Source: an uncultured Methanosarcinaceae archaeon
Lineage (GTDB): Archaea; Halobacteriota; Methanosarcinia; Methanosarcinales; Methanosarcinaceae
Assembly: GCA_963727895.1 (NCBI GenBank)
Contig: CAVSHT010000012.1
Span: forward strand, 385,255 to 449,254
DNA length: 64,000 nt
Direction of reading: 5' to 3'
This document shows, piece by piece, positions 10,208 through 21,662 of the stretch. The translations under genes were made by a program, and so were the position numbers. Numbering within the stretch: position 1 is the stretch's first letter; each line of letters opens with the position of its first letter. The notes below the pieces were generated by a model. It worked only from the letters and a program-made list of their open reading frames with translations. It was not told the origin of the DNA and searched no databases.

Positions 10208-10247
10208 ACCCTGCAGCAAGCTAGCAGGGTATTCGACTGAAATAAAA
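10208..10247 (+). repeat. REP-like / IS200-IS605-end-like hairpin with conserved tail, copy 1
   Basis: ACCCTGCAGCAAGCTAGCAGGGT-ATTCGACTGAAATAAA; related copy at 15749. Confidence 0.7.
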
Positions 10248-10290
10248 TGGTACAAACCTTAATGATTTGCCTTCTACAGTTTGTACCATT
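10246..10290 (-). terminator. Conserved 3' hairpin downstream of beta-helix gene
   Basis: AATGGTACAAAC...GTTTGTACCATT perfect 12-bp arms; homologous hairpin at 42789-42834. Confidence 0.5.
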
Positions 10291-10475
10291 CTCATTAAGA
10301 CTACAAAACAATCTCATTGCATGGATATACATATCTCTTGCAGCTTAATTTTCTCTGTACTTTTTTCCATTATATATCTGTGGCTTTTCCTCCTAGATTT
10401 TTCAGATAATTTCACCAATGTTACTCTAATACATTTTTTTGTTATTCTTGTAAAAATAAACAAAATTTAGATGGA

Positions 10476-11978
10476 TTAACTCTTTGATTTTGATGCATAT
10501 TTTGTATTTCCATATAGTCCTATGTTAATTCTGTTTCCATTGGGGTTTGGTTCAGAAGAATAGCTCGACGAGGGATATCCTGCATCAATACCTGGAGAGT
10601 ATACTGTGTCTTTAACCCATGTTTTTCCATTCCATCTACCAGCTGTTGATTTCAGGTGATAATCATGGTTTGTCTGGTCTGCAAATAGTGGATTTACATG
10701 AATATCAGTTGTTGATGTGCAGTTTTTATAATTGCCTGCTGAGTTGTTATAGAGACAATTATATTGAAGTGAAATTGTATGGTTGCTACCGGAAAGATAA
10801 TTCATCACTCCATATCCTGTCCCACTTGAACTATATTTACGTTTTAGAGTGTTTACAATTATGTTGTTACGGACAATCGTTGCATATCCAGCTGTTGACG
10901 TATAACTTGGAGTGGAACTTCCGGGATACATGTTGGCAATAGCAACGTGATATACTCCGTCAAATACATTGCTCTCAATGTAAGTATCATGGAATCCACT
11001 GGCTATAATTCCACCTACCCAGGTAATACTGGGATTCGTGCCTGTACTGTAAAAAACATTATGATAAATATTAATATGTTTTCCAAGATCCTTGGTGGCA
11101 GCAGCAGTATCATAGTTGATAAGCCAGATCCCGGGACCATATGTATTATGGATAACATTATTATAGATACTAATATTGTCCATAGTACCTGTACCAGTCC
11201 CACCTTTTTCAATCTGAATTCCTGGACCACCTGCAGTCCAGTTGTAGAAAGAATCGATCGTATTATCATGGAGTCTTACATTGTTTGTATTCCATATTCT
11301 AAGACCACTGTTAGTTCTGCAGGTTATTGTGTTATTCCATGCTTCTACATTCTGGCTTCGAATTGCAAACATACCATCGTGACCAAGCTTATAGATAATA
11401 TTGTTATAATACTGAATGTTTTTACAAGAATTTGCCCTCAGTCCATCGCCAAGCCCATCATGCATATACATATTGTATACTTTTATGTCGTTACAGTATG
11501 TGAAGTACATTATATTGTAGTAGCCACCACCTAAAGAAACTGAGGGATTACCATCACGATTCCCATTAACCTCAAAACCTCTTACTGTAATGTTACTATT
11601 CCCGGAACTACTACTACTCATCTGCTTGATTAAAGGTTTCATTGTAGCCCAGCCTGCATTATCTGCAAGTTTGATCACAGCATTTGAATCTCCTTCAAGA
11701 GTTGTATTACTACCAATTAGAATAGTATCATTAATGACGTATGTAAAAGGCCCCTTTAGATGGACGGTGGTATATTCTGTAGGATTACTTGCCACAAGAC
11801 TAAGGGCTTGGTTTATCTGAACTTGATCAGCACTTCCATCACAATTATATGTTCCAGTGCCATCTCCTGCGACGTATACTGTTGAGGAGTTAGTCGCACA
11901 TAAAGCTGTAGGAACACTTACAGAAAGGAGGAAACATACCAAAAAAATGATTCCTAATCTGTTTAGTATCGACATCAT
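10476..11978 (-). CDS. Secreted disaggregatase-related right-handed parallel beta-helix protein
   Basis: Signal peptide; VYVAGDGTG.YNCDG.ADQVQINQAL, HLKGPFTYVI, repeated N.I.NN.I coils, DYHLKST.GRW, SP.IDAG..RINIG.YGNT. Confidence 0.82.
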   Translation of the reverse strand: MMSILNRLGIIFLVCFLLSVSVPTALCATNSSTVYVAGDGTGTYNCDGSADQVQINQALSLVASNPTEYTTVHLKGPFTYVINDTILIGSNTTLEGDSNAVIKLADNAGWATMKPLIKQMSSSSSGNSNITVRGFEVNGNRDGNPSVSLGGGYYNIMYFTYCNDIKVYNMYMHDGLGDGLRANSCKNIQYYNNIIYKLGHDGMFAIRSQNVEAWNNTITCRTNSGLRIWNTNNVRLHDNTIDSFYNWTAGGPGIQIEKGGTGTGTMDNISIYNNVIHNTYGPGIWLINYDTAAATKDLGKHINIYHNVFYSTGTNPSITWVGGIIASGFHDTYIESNVFDGVYHVAIANMYPGSSTPSYTSTAGYATIVRNNIIVNTLKRKYSSSGTGYGVMNYLSGSNHTISLQYNCLYNNSAGNYKNCTSTTDIHVNPLFADQTNHDYHLKSTAGRWNGKTWVKDTVYSPGIDAGYPSSSYSSEPNPNGNRINIGLYGNTKYASKSKS

Positions 11979-12850
11979 CTGGGGGAGATCAGAATAAAAT
12001 TCATTAGTATTCTGAATAGACAGATATTCGTTTTGTGACGTATATACATCTCCTTAAAAGTTATAGCTATTTTCTAAAGAGTATGATAGTTGATTCTTTT
12101 TAGACATACACAATTATATTTTAAAGATAAATTGATTTTCTGGACATTAAAAGCCATGAAAATATTCTGAAGAGATGAACTACAGGACTAATTGAACCCA
12201 AAAATATACTATAAATAGGGAGAAATTTAATACAAATCTTCCTGTTTTTCACGCTGATTCTCCAATTTACGCGAAGTTTTTTCTCTTTAGGATATAAAGG
12301 ATTAAACTATAGTAATATTGCCAATAATAAGGAAAATATCCAATAAATAGATTCCTAACAATCATTATAACATCAAGGTTGCCCAGAGAGAGCATACTAA
12401 AATTTATTTGAATTAATAATACACAAATATATAGATTGTTAAACGACTTTTTTATAAAAAAATTTTGTTGCCTCACAAAATTAGCAGATTACAATTAGTT
12501 TTAAAGTATACATGACAAAATTTGAGTATAAAAGACTATTTACCGGATTAAAATGTTATATAAATAAGTTTTAAATAACAAGATCTCGAAAAATTCAATA
12601 AAAATAGTTCAGAATTTGAAAATTAAAAATCCTGCTTATTTCTACAGATTCTAAGCTCATGAAAAATAACCAGAGTTTATGAAATAGAGATGTGAGAGAC
12701 TAAGTTAGTGAAGGATACAAAATTAGCGGTATAAATTAATCCAATACAGAAAAGTTGTGAGTTACAAATTATCTAGATTGCCTCTATTTTATGAAAATGC
12801 AGCTATGAAATAAAGCTACATATAATCTATTAAAAATAAAAATAATTTAA

Positions 12851-14032
12851 TTAAATGATATCTTTGCAGATATCCAGAATTTTTCTTGCTACTCCATCCC
12901 AACTGTGGTTCTCAACAACGTATTTTCGGCTTTTATTCCCCATAAGGGTCCTCATATTTTCATCAAGAAGTAATTTTACTACAGCAGCTGCAAGTTCTTC
13001 AGGATTCTCGGGAGTTACTGATATTCCGCCACCTGAAGACTCAATTAAATCTCGAACTCCTGAAATACTGCTTGCCACAATTGGCTTCCCACAAGCAAGA
13101 TATTCATATGTTTTCAATGCTGAAAGTCCTATTTTTGAGTTTCTTTCCTTGATGAAAGGAGCAACACATAAATCGGCCGCGTTGATGTAGAGAGGGACCT
13201 GTTCGTAGGGGATTCTACCTGTGAAAGTAAATTTATTTGAAATTCCTAACTTAGAAGTTGTTTCCATCAGTTTCTCCTTCATAATTCCATCCCCAACAAT
13301 AAGGAAATGAGCATCAGGACATTTCTTCATAATTAAAGGAGAGGCTTGAATTAGAAATTCAACACCCTGCCAGGCTGCAAGGTTCCCTACAAAGCATACA
13401 TACTTTTTGGAGTTTTCGAGCTGCAATTTTGCTTTTGTTTGCTTTAGATCCAGAGGCTTAAAAACATCTGTATTTGCCCCATTATTGATAACATGAATTT
13501 TGGTCTCAGAAACTGAATATAGTCTCACAATTTCGTCCTTGAGCTTATCTGTGACAGAAACAATTCTGTCACAATGCCTATAATTAAAGTTCTCAGAGCG
13601 GAGTGCAAAAAAAGAGAAGACTCTGTATGCAAAAGACTGAGAACTCTCTACCTTTAACTCGTCCAGAACAAGCCCATTTACTTCTACAATCGAAGGAATT
13701 TTTAGAATTTTACATAGAATAATGGGGAAAAAGGGAAAAGAATTCTGGCGAAGATAAAGAACATCAGGTCTGTTTCTTATGCACGAATAAAAAAGGTAAA
13801 ATAAAAGCATGAATTCGTAAGAAGGCTGTACAAGATATTTATTGTCTATTACAGGCACGTACTTAATCCCTGGAAGAGTGCGGTCTACACTCTTCTGTCC
13901 AGGTGCAAATAAGACTATATCAGTATATTTTTTCAAATTTCGTAGTAACTCAAGAATATGGACATTCGAACCCGATTTAGTGTTGAAAGAGCCGTAATAA
14001 ACTAGGAAAATATTATTTACTTTTTTAGACAT
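12851..14032 (-). CDS. Glycosyltransferase family 4
   Basis: GT-B motifs NGANTD.F, FVGNLAAWQG, GDG, LKTYEYLACGKPIVAS. Confidence 0.9.
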   Translation of the reverse strand: MSKKVNNIFLVYYGSFNTKSGSNVHILELLRNLKKYTDIVLFAPGQKSVDRTLPGIKYVPVIDNKYLVQPSYEFMLLFYLFYSCIRNRPDVLYLRQNSFPFFPIILCKILKIPSIVEVNGLVLDELKVESSQSFAYRVFSFFALRSENFNYRHCDRIVSVTDKLKDEIVRLYSVSETKIHVINNGANTDVFKPLDLKQTKAKLQLENSKKYVCFVGNLAAWQGVEFLIQASPLIMKKCPDAHFLIVGDGIMKEKLMETTSKLGISNKFTFTGRIPYEQVPLYINAADLCVAPFIKERNSKIGLSALKTYEYLACGKPIVASSISGVRDLIESSGGGISVTPENPEELAAAVVKLLLDENMRTLMGNKSRKYVVENHSWDGVARKILDICKDII

Positions 14033-14237
14033 AATGGTAGCCGGATATCAGAATAGCAAAAGTAGTTAATTAGCTTATCCCATAGCTTTCTTTATTATTT
14101 GTCCCAGTTTAAGGACAATGGATTAATATAAAACTATAAAGCAAGAATTTAATGTATTGTGGAGAGAAGTATTTATAGGATAAATAATCTCATCTGTCTG
14201 CTTTTGATGCATCCAAAGCGAAAAAGGGCAAAAGATT

Positions 14238-15437
14238 ATGAAAGTACTGGAAACATGTCAGGAATTTCCTAATAAATATTATCCTCAACTTGGGACATTC
14301 ATAAAACAAAGTATCGACTCAATTGCAAACCAGGGCGTAGATATAACGGTTCTTTCTCCAAAACCCTTCGTCCTTCCTTTTTCTGCATTTCCGTATCATG
14401 ATTTTTTAAAACTACCGCGGATTGAGCATACCGAAAAATATGACCTTCATTATCCGCGTTATATATATGCGGTTCCCAAAAAGTATTTTTATCCAATAAC
14501 AGGATTTTCATATTCTCGCTTCATTTCTGAATATGCAATCAAAAACATAAAGCCAAAGCCAGACCTGATCCACGCACACTTTTCCTACCCTGATGGTTAT
14601 GGAATGATTAAGCTTGCAAAAAAATGGAGAGTTCCTCTTGTAATAAGCGCATTAGGTACAATTGAAAGAAAAGTCGCTTATGAAGGCACCTACACCTCAA
14701 AACAGATAATAAAAGCAATGAATTTTGCAGATAGGATTCTTTCTGTCAGTGAGGACCTCAAGCTCCACATAATAAATTTAGGAATAAAAGAAGAGAAAGT
14801 CCATGTGGTTCCAAACGGTGTTGATATTGAGGAGTTCAAACCTTTAGGAAAAATATATGCGAGGAATCAGTTAAACATACCACATGATAAGAACATTGTT
14901 CTATTTGTTGGAGCTCTTAGAAAAATAAAAGGTGTAGACTACCTGATTGAGGCTACAAAAAATTTTGTTAACGCTAATACTGATCTTTATATGGTAGGTA
15001 GAGATGATGGCCTGAGAAAAATTCTGGAAAAAAGGGTACATGAGTTAAAAATTGCAGATCATGTCAAATTCATCGGGCCCGTAAATCATGACAATATTCC
15101 ACTCTGGATCTCAGCTTCAGATATCCTTGTATTGCCTTCCCTTTCTGAAGGTAGACCAAATGTGGTACTCGAAGCCCTTTCCTGTGAAATTCCAGTCGTA
15201 GCAACGGATGTAGGTGGGATACCTGAACTCATGGTCGATGGAGAAACAGGCTATTTGGTACCTGCGAAAAATCCTGCAGAGCTATCCATAAAAATAAAAA
15301 AATTACTTGAAGATAAAAACCAGAGAGAAAATATGGGTAAGCTCGGACGTAAAAGTATAATTGAGAGAGGACTGACATGGGAAGCCCATGCAAAAAAGAC
15401 TGTGGATATATACTCAGAAATATGGGAGAAATCTTGA
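14238..15437 (+). CDS. Glycosyltransferase family 4
   Basis: IHAHFSYPDG, VPNGVD, LPSLSEGRPNVVLEALSCEIPVVATDVGG. Confidence 0.9.
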   Translation: MKVLETCQEFPNKYYPQLGTFIKQSIDSIANQGVDITVLSPKPFVLPFSAFPYHDFLKLPRIEHTEKYDLHYPRYIYAVPKKYFYPITGFSYSRFISEYAIKNIKPKPDLIHAHFSYPDGYGMIKLAKKWRVPLVISALGTIERKVAYEGTYTSKQIIKAMNFADRILSVSEDLKLHIINLGIKEEKVHVVPNGVDIEEFKPLGKIYARNQLNIPHDKNIVLFVGALRKIKGVDYLIEATKNFVNANTDLYMVGRDDGLRKILEKRVHELKIADHVKFIGPVNHDNIPLWISASDILVLPSLSEGRPNVVLEALSCEIPVVATDVGGIPELMVDGETGYLVPAKNPAELSIKIKKLLEDKNQRENMGKLGRKSIIERGLTWEAHAKKTVDIYSEIWEKS

Positions 15438-15748
15438 TTATAAATCCAATAAACTTAATCCCTTTTTATATATATTAAGCCGCAACTGTAACCCTAATCT
15501 ATAGTAGAAGATCAAAAGTTATCTATTTCCTATTTTCTAATTTTCTTATTTTCACATTTCACCTTCACTCTAATTGTTTTGTATTTTTTTTGGATATTTG
15601 TCTTGTGATGATTTTGTATATAAAAAATATTGTGAAATGATAAGAAATATCTGATTTTATAAATATAAATTAAATTCATATGTTCGTTTATATCATAAAT
15701 GTAACTAAAAAGTGATTAGTCAACAATAATTCTTGCGAAAATGTCTAT

Positions 15749-15785
15749 CCCCGCAGTAAGTTGCGGGGTATTCGACTGAAACAAA
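15749..15785 (+). repeat. REP-like / IS200-IS605-end-like hairpin with conserved tail, copy 2
   Basis: CCCCGCAGTAAGTTGCGGGG-TATTCGACTGAAACAAA, abutting the stop codon at 15788. Confidence 0.7.
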
Positions 15786-15787
15786 TT

Positions 15788-17764
15788 TCAGTGACTATTT
15801 ATTCCCTTATGTGGAATGAAAATATCTATAGAGGGATTGGAATAAATTTTATCAAGACCTGCAAGATTGTTTTCCAGCTCAAGCTGGTTTTCAGGCAATC
15901 CCTCATAGAAATAATTGGCAGTATCACTGAGACTGCTTTCTTCACTACCAAAGTATAATCCACTTCTTAAGAATTCATTGGTTCTGAGAACTACATAACC
16001 TTTGTATTGAGAAAGTTTGGTTACATTACCAATTCTGTAGTTATCATAAGATGAAAGATTCATTTTTGAAGATGTTGCAGGGATTAGTGGAAGATAAAAA
16101 TATCTTGAAGAGTAATAATCGGAATAAATTGAGGAATTTGAAGGTACATACTTGAAAACGTGCCCAAAACCACTTAACTCTTCAGAAGTAAAGTATTCGT
16201 GGGTTGATTCGTTACCGAGGAGACTTGAGTCCCCAACACTGTAAACTGAAGAAACTAAAACAAAGATCGAGAACAAGGAAACCACTACTAACGTGGAAGT
16301 GAATTTTTTAGAGGAATACTTATCCAGATAATTCCAGAATATGTACAATCCGTAAGCCATTATGAAAGCCATAAATGGACTGACGAAAAGCATAAATCTA
16401 TCAACTCTAAACAGGACTTTGAACTGCCAGATAGTATTGAGAGGATTGGGCACATAAAAGATAAGAGTTAACAGTGCAAATAATGCCACAACGGCAGCAT
16501 AGTTTTTCTTGTAGTTTTTCAGGAGAAAACCTATTCCTATCAAGGCAAAAAATAAAAAGATCGATTTATCCAGAAGACCTATTAAAGTAGTCAAGCTCTC
16601 CTGAAGCACTTCTGTTCCTCCAGCAGTTAAAACTATAGAATCCAAAAATTGACTTTGAAAACGGGGAGCTAGACTTCTTTGTACAAAAACATATGCTACA
16701 AAGAACCAGTAAGCAACAAAAATTACGTTAACCAGTATAAAAAATGACTTGTTAATATAGCTACCATATCCTATAATAAATTCCGATCCAAGAAGTATGA
16801 CAAGCAATACGACAAATTGTGGAAGGGAAACATTATGGACCAGAGTTATGAAAACCGCAACAATTATTGAGAGAATTTTCAGAGAGAATTTATTTTCATT
16901 GAATTTGACACTGTAAATCAGGTACAATAATACCACGAACATTATGAATGCCATTGTACGGGTGATTACATTTACACCATAATAAAGTACAACAGAGCTC
17001 GCTGAGAACAAAATGGACGAGAGAAGTGAGATCTGCCTGTTACGTGTTATGTAATTAGCCAGATAGTAAAGGAAAACTATAGTTACTGCATAAATTGGTG
17101 CAGTCACCAGATAAAGTGCTTCTCTAATACTTATATTCAATAGCTCAGAGGCTTCTGCAATAAATACGTGATAAAGAGGGAAGTAAGCATAGTCACTTAG
17201 AGAAGTAGAAATTGTTTTTCCAGCTATTTCTGTAACTTCTGACAGAAACACATGGGGCATGATATCTGTAGTACCGAAGTAGTAATCGTAATTTAACGTA
17301 ACACTATATGTCAAATTAATCGAAATTAAAAAAGATTCGACTAAAATAAGTGAGGGGTTTGTATTTTTAGAGAAGGTTTGCAGGAATACTACCAGATAAA
17401 GTCCTAAAACAAATACGAAATATAATGGAGGTCTGCTTCCTTCAAAAAGCAAGAGCGTCACCAAGGAGCCAATATAAAAGACTCCAAAAAGATATGTAAG
17501 AGACTTTGTGCTCAATGCTGAGATATCTATATCGTGCAAACTTACATCTTTTTTGTAAATGAATAATATGAAAAGACAGGACAGTATTGCAGGTATTCCT
17601 GTAAATAGACCCCTAAGAGCATAACCGAACTTTTCGGTTGCAAACATCCATAAGAATGCGAATAATACTGCAAAAATTATAGCTATCGGAAGCAGAAAGG
17701 AAATCAACCTCATTATAAGATTATTATCCGATCTGGGTCCTGCTCCATTACTTAATCCGAACAT
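15788..17764 (-). CDS. Polytopic membrane protein, GT-C-like (candidate glycan polymerase/transferase)
   Basis: Many hydrophobic segments, loop motif GTTDIMPH, YFPLYHVF, soluble C-terminal domain ending KIYSNPSIDIF; paralog of 55236..57173. Confidence 0.65.
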   Translation of the reverse strand: MFGLSNGAGPRSDNNLIMRLISFLLPIAIIFAVLFAFLWMFATEKFGYALRGLFTGIPAILSCLFILFIYKKDVSLHDIDISALSTKSLTYLFGVFYIGSLVTLLLFEGSRPPLYFVFVLGLYLVVFLQTFSKNTNPSLILVESFLISINLTYSVTLNYDYYFGTTDIMPHVFLSEVTEIAGKTISTSLSDYAYFPLYHVFIAEASELLNISIREALYLVTAPIYAVTIVFLYYLANYITRNRQISLLSSILFSASSVVLYYGVNVITRTMAFIMFVVLLYLIYSVKFNENKFSLKILSIIVAVFITLVHNVSLPQFVVLLVILLGSEFIIGYGSYINKSFFILVNVIFVAYWFFVAYVFVQRSLAPRFQSQFLDSIVLTAGGTEVLQESLTTLIGLLDKSIFLFFALIGIGFLLKNYKKNYAAVVALFALLTLIFYVPNPLNTIWQFKVLFRVDRFMLFVSPFMAFIMAYGLYIFWNYLDKYSSKKFTSTLVVVSLFSIFVLVSSVYSVGDSSLLGNESTHEYFTSEELSGFGHVFKYVPSNSSIYSDYYSSRYFYLPLIPATSSKMNLSSYDNYRIGNVTKLSQYKGYVVLRTNEFLRSGLYFGSEESSLSDTANYFYEGLPENQLELENNLAGLDKIYSNPSIDIFIPHKGINSH

Positions 17765-17952
17765 ACTATCTCCATGACCTTAACCAATCATATTTTCACA
17801 ATTCGAATTAATACGTCCAAATTTCTGTGTTTGAAAATCGATGAGAGTTCATCAGGCCGTATTAAATAAGAAGTTTTTGCCTTGAAGAGGCTCTCATATA
17901 TTCAAGTGTTTCGGTCGTATTTTAAACGTATGATCAAATAAATTCACAAATA

Positions 17953-18966
17953 TCAAACGTCTGAACAAGAACTGACTTTTGAGATAAGAGGTGAATTTGC
18001 AAAGCTGTACAAAAAGCCTAATCCATAAGCAATGTGTTGCACGGGGATAATAACCAGAGCAAAAAGACCGTATTTTGATCTCATATTATAGGCAACCTGA
18101 ATTGAGGTGATTAAGACGAGAATAAAATACACAGTTATGAGTGCAAGAAGAAGAAGGCTTGGAGTGAAGTATTTGATAGAAGCGATAAGCAAAGCGGCCG
18201 CAAATATAATCGCAATAGAAGGCAGAAATGCATACCAACGAACAAATTCTCCATGTTTTTTGAAAAGTTCTGCCATCCACATGCCATATTTAAACATTCT
18301 TATAGAAAAAGATTTGAGAGTACCTCTTCTATGGTGTAAAACCTGTGCTTCCGGGATGTACAAAAATTTGTTTCCTTTCTTACCAATTCTGTAGTTCAGA
18401 TCACAATCTTGACCTACTATAAATCGCTCGTCAAAACCACCAGCATCTTGAACTGCAGCTTTTTTGTACATTGCATTGCAGTTAGGAAGAGAGCCTACAT
18501 AATGCTTTTTTATAGAGTTCTTGGACTGGGCTGAGCCTCCTGAGCCCAAAAAAGATTCCTGAGCATACCCAACTACTCTACCAAATACAGGATCAGTGTC
18601 AAAGATTAGGTTAGGGCCTCCAACACACACGACATCATCTGGAGCGCTTTGCATTTCACAGACAAGAGTTTTCAACCAATGAGGATCTACCTTACAGTCT
18701 CCATCAGTAAACGCGACAAGTTCTCCCCTGGCATTTTTCACACCAAGGTTTCTTGCAGCAGCAACATTCTTTTGTTCATTAAGGAGAAGGTTGACAGGAT
18801 ATTTTTTTACTATATCCTGCGTTTTGTCGGTGGACATACCATCGACAATAATAATTTCGTAAGAATTTCGTGGGTAATCTAGATTAAGAAGTGATTTTAT
18901 ACATTCCTCAATAAACTTTTCTTCATTACGAATACCTACTACGATTGAAACGAAAGGGTATTTCAT
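17953..18966 (-). CDS. Glycosyltransferase family 2 with C-terminal TM segments
   Basis: VSIVVGIRNEE, IIIVDGMSTD, AARNLG, FTDGDC, GGFDE. Confidence 0.9.
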   Translation of the reverse strand: MKYPFVSIVVGIRNEEKFIEECIKSLLNLDYPRNSYEIIIVDGMSTDKTQDIVKKYPVNLLLNEQKNVAAARNLGVKNARGELVAFTDGDCKVDPHWLKTLVCEMQSAPDDVVCVGGPNLIFDTDPVFGRVVGYAQESFLGSGGSAQSKNSIKKHYVGSLPNCNAMYKKAAVQDAGGFDERFIVGQDCDLNYRIGKKGNKFLYIPEAQVLHHRRGTLKSFSIRMFKYGMWMAELFKKHGEFVRWYAFLPSIAIIFAAALLIASIKYFTPSLLLLALITVYFILVLITSIQVAYNMRSKYGLFALVIIPVQHIAYGLGFLYSFANSPLISKVSSCSDV

Positions 18967-18988
18967 ATAAATTGGCCCCGTTTTAAAA

Positions 18989-19894
18989 TCATTGTTTTCG
19001 GATGTGCTCGTTTAAAAATATCATCCTTGATATGGAATGCAGTATTATTCCTGTAAATACCATAAAGGCTCCTATAATTGTCAGCATAACCATAAGCAGT
19101 GTAGGCCCAAAACGCAAGGATCCTCCCAGAATATAATTCTGTAGAAACTTCAGTCCCATAAGAAAGCCTGCAGATGCCATAATCAGGCCAGGAACGGAGA
19201 AATAGTACAAAGGCCGTCTATATTCCATATCTTTAAGGATGCGGAACAATACTTTAGGTCCATGTATTAAAGGATTCTCACTTGAACAATCCTCAAGGTC
19301 ATACCTACAATGAATCTCCACTTCAGTAAATTTCAATTTGTGATCTTTAGCCTGAATAAGAATTTCAGAGCCTGCAGACATATCAGTACCATTCAAATTT
19401 ATATTTTCAATAGCTTTTTTTCCATAAGCTCGAAAACCACTCTGGGAATCAGTAACATTTAGGCCACCTGCAATATAGGTTGCAACATCCAGAACTTTCA
19501 TACCACATTTACGGTAAATAGGGACATTTTTACCATTTCCATTGACAAATCTTGAGCCAATTACCAGATCAAATCCGTTTTTTAAAGGTTCAAGAAGCTT
19601 GGGGATTTCAGATGGATCATGTTGACCATCAGAGTCAATTATGACCATAGCATTTGCGCCAAGCTGACGAGCAGTTTCAAAGCAATTTTTTAGGGCTGCT
19701 CCGTATCCTTTGTTAGTTTCATGACGGACTACGTAAGCGCCAAGAGATTCGGCAATCTCAATGGTATTATCACTACTTCCGTCGTCTACAACTACTACTC
19801 TGTCAACATATTTTTTGCAGCCTTTGATAACATCTGCAATGGCATGAGCTTCATTATAGGCAGGCATGGCTGCAATCGTAATGGACATATGCAA
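18989..19894 (-). CDS. GT2, DPM1-like polyprenol-phosphate glycosyltransferase with two C-terminal TM helices
   Basis: MPAYNE, VVDDGSSD, NKGYG, DSDGQHDP, IGSRF, TDSQSGFRA. Confidence 0.88.
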   Translation of the reverse strand: MHMSITIAAMPAYNEAHAIADVIKGCKKYVDRVVVVDDGSSDNTIEIAESLGAYVVRHETNKGYGAALKNCFETARQLGANAMVIIDSDGQHDPSEIPKLLEPLKNGFDLVIGSRFVNGNGKNVPIYRKCGMKVLDVATYIAGGLNVTDSQSGFRAYGKKAIENINLNGTDMSAGSEILIQAKDHKLKFTEVEIHCRYDLEDCSSENPLIHGPKVLFRILKDMEYRRPLYYFSVPGLIMASAGFLMGLKFLQNYILGGSLRFGPTLLMVMLTIIGAFMVFTGIILHSISRMIFLNEHIRKQ

Positions 19895-20768
19895 TCATCT
19901 ACCTCTGTGAAGATAAAATGGGGAAGTATGTATAATAATACAGTTTATTAGAGAAGAATCAGTAAGAACTCTAAATTTGGCGAATATATTTTTCAGAGTC
20001 ATCGCTCCATAATTTTTAAGGGGTTTCAAATGGTCTTTTACGGCTACAATACAGAGAATCAATTGGGAAAATTATTCGCCTCCTTTTATTCAAAAGAGGG
20101 AATGTAAATACTCTGTAGGTGAGTCACGACATTTAATATAAGACCCGTATTTGTTTTAATATACGAGCTATATAAGCATTTAGATATAATAAATAATTAA
20201 TCAGTAATTTAGATAATAAAAAATCGCATAGCTTATATAGGAGATCTGTTAGCCTGAATAACAGCTTAAAAGACTTTTATGACTTATGATATACAAATAA
20301 ACTACATAAAAAAACCAACTATATAAGACCTCAAAAACCATCTTACTATATGCCAGCTTTACATACCTAATGACTAAATCTCAAAAAACTTTATAGTAGA
20401 TAGTAGAAAATTAAGAATTAAAGCGTGAAAACTTAGTTCAGGATGATCATAAATATAGAAAAATATTTAGATACAAAGCAGGAAAAGGGAAAGAGATTTT
20501 ATACCACTAGGTAAATTAAGTAGATCGGGTTAAAACATTCTTGAAAATGAATATAATTCAGGAAATGAGCTCTGCTAAATCAAAAGAAAGCCGAGATTAA
20601 AATTCGGACAGTTTTCACCTTTACGGCAGTATTCTTCACAACTGAATATAAAAGAAGCCGGTAAGAGGAAGTAGGAAGGTTTCCAAAAAACCTCATGAAA
20701 ACAAAGAAATTTGCAGATTAGCCCAATAATAAAAAGCTGGGAAGCCAGAAAAACAAAAAAATCGTTTT

Positions 20769-21662
20769 ATGAGGAGTCATATGTCCGGAAACCGGAAGTT
20801 TCCATTTGACCTGTTGATAGTAGCAGGCCTTGTAATTCTTACAGATATTTTCGTACTAGTTCCTGTACTTAACGAAAGTCTTATTCGCACAGCTCTTGGT
20901 TTACCCTTATTGCTTTTCCTTCCAGGATATGCTCTTATATCCATGCTTTTTCCGGAAAAAGGCGGACTTGAAGGGATAGAAAGGATGGCTCTTTCTCTTG
21001 CAATGAGTGTTTCAGTTGCACCTTTGATAGGGCTTGCACTTGGTAATACTTCATGGAGAATCCATACAGTACCTCTCCTTACAAGTTGTTCCTTGTTTAC
21101 CCTGGTAATGTTAGTAATAGCATATGTTAGGAGAATGCGTCTACCCGCAGACCAAGCATTTGAAGTACCCTTTAGGACTCTTACTTTCAATATGATATCC
21201 AGTGGAAAGCCAAAATCAAATACTGAGAAAGTACTAAGTATAATTTTAGTTCTTTCATTCCTGATCTTAATAGGAACTGGAGCTTACGTTATTTTAGTAC
21301 CTCAGGATAAAGACCCATTTACAGAGTTTTATATTCTTGGAAACAATGGGCAGGCTAGTAATTATACAACAGAGTATATACAGGGAGAAAGTGGGAACTA
21401 CACTATAGGAATAGCAAACCATGAATACAAAACAATGAACTATACAATGGAAGTAAAACTCGAAAATAAATCACTACCTATTCCGGAAAATCTGCAACAT
21501 ATCACGCTTGCCGATAATACAACCTTAGAAGAACCCATTAAGATTACACCTCCTATTGAGGGACAGAATATGAAGCTTGAGTTCCTCCTTTTCAACGAAA
21601 CTGAAAAGAATGTACCCTATAAAAATCTGCGCCTCTGGATAAATGTTGGACAGGAGGTGTGA
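20769..21662 (+). CDS. DUF1616-like membrane protein
   Basis: LGLPLLLFLPGYAL..LFP, ERMALS..S, FTEFYILG..G.A..Y, C-terminal YKNLRLWINV. Confidence 0.8.
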   Translation: MRSHMSGNRKFPFDLLIVAGLVILTDIFVLVPVLNESLIRTALGLPLLLFLPGYALISMLFPEKGGLEGIERMALSLAMSVSVAPLIGLALGNTSWRIHTVPLLTSCSLFTLVMLVIAYVRRMRLPADQAFEVPFRTLTFNMISSGKPKSNTEKVLSIILVLSFLILIGTGAYVILVPQDKDPFTEFYILGNNGQASNYTTEYIQGESGNYTIGIANHEYKTMNYTMEVKLENKSLPIPENLQHITLADNTTLEEPIKITPPIEGQNMKLEFLLFNETEKNVPYKNLRLWINVGQEV

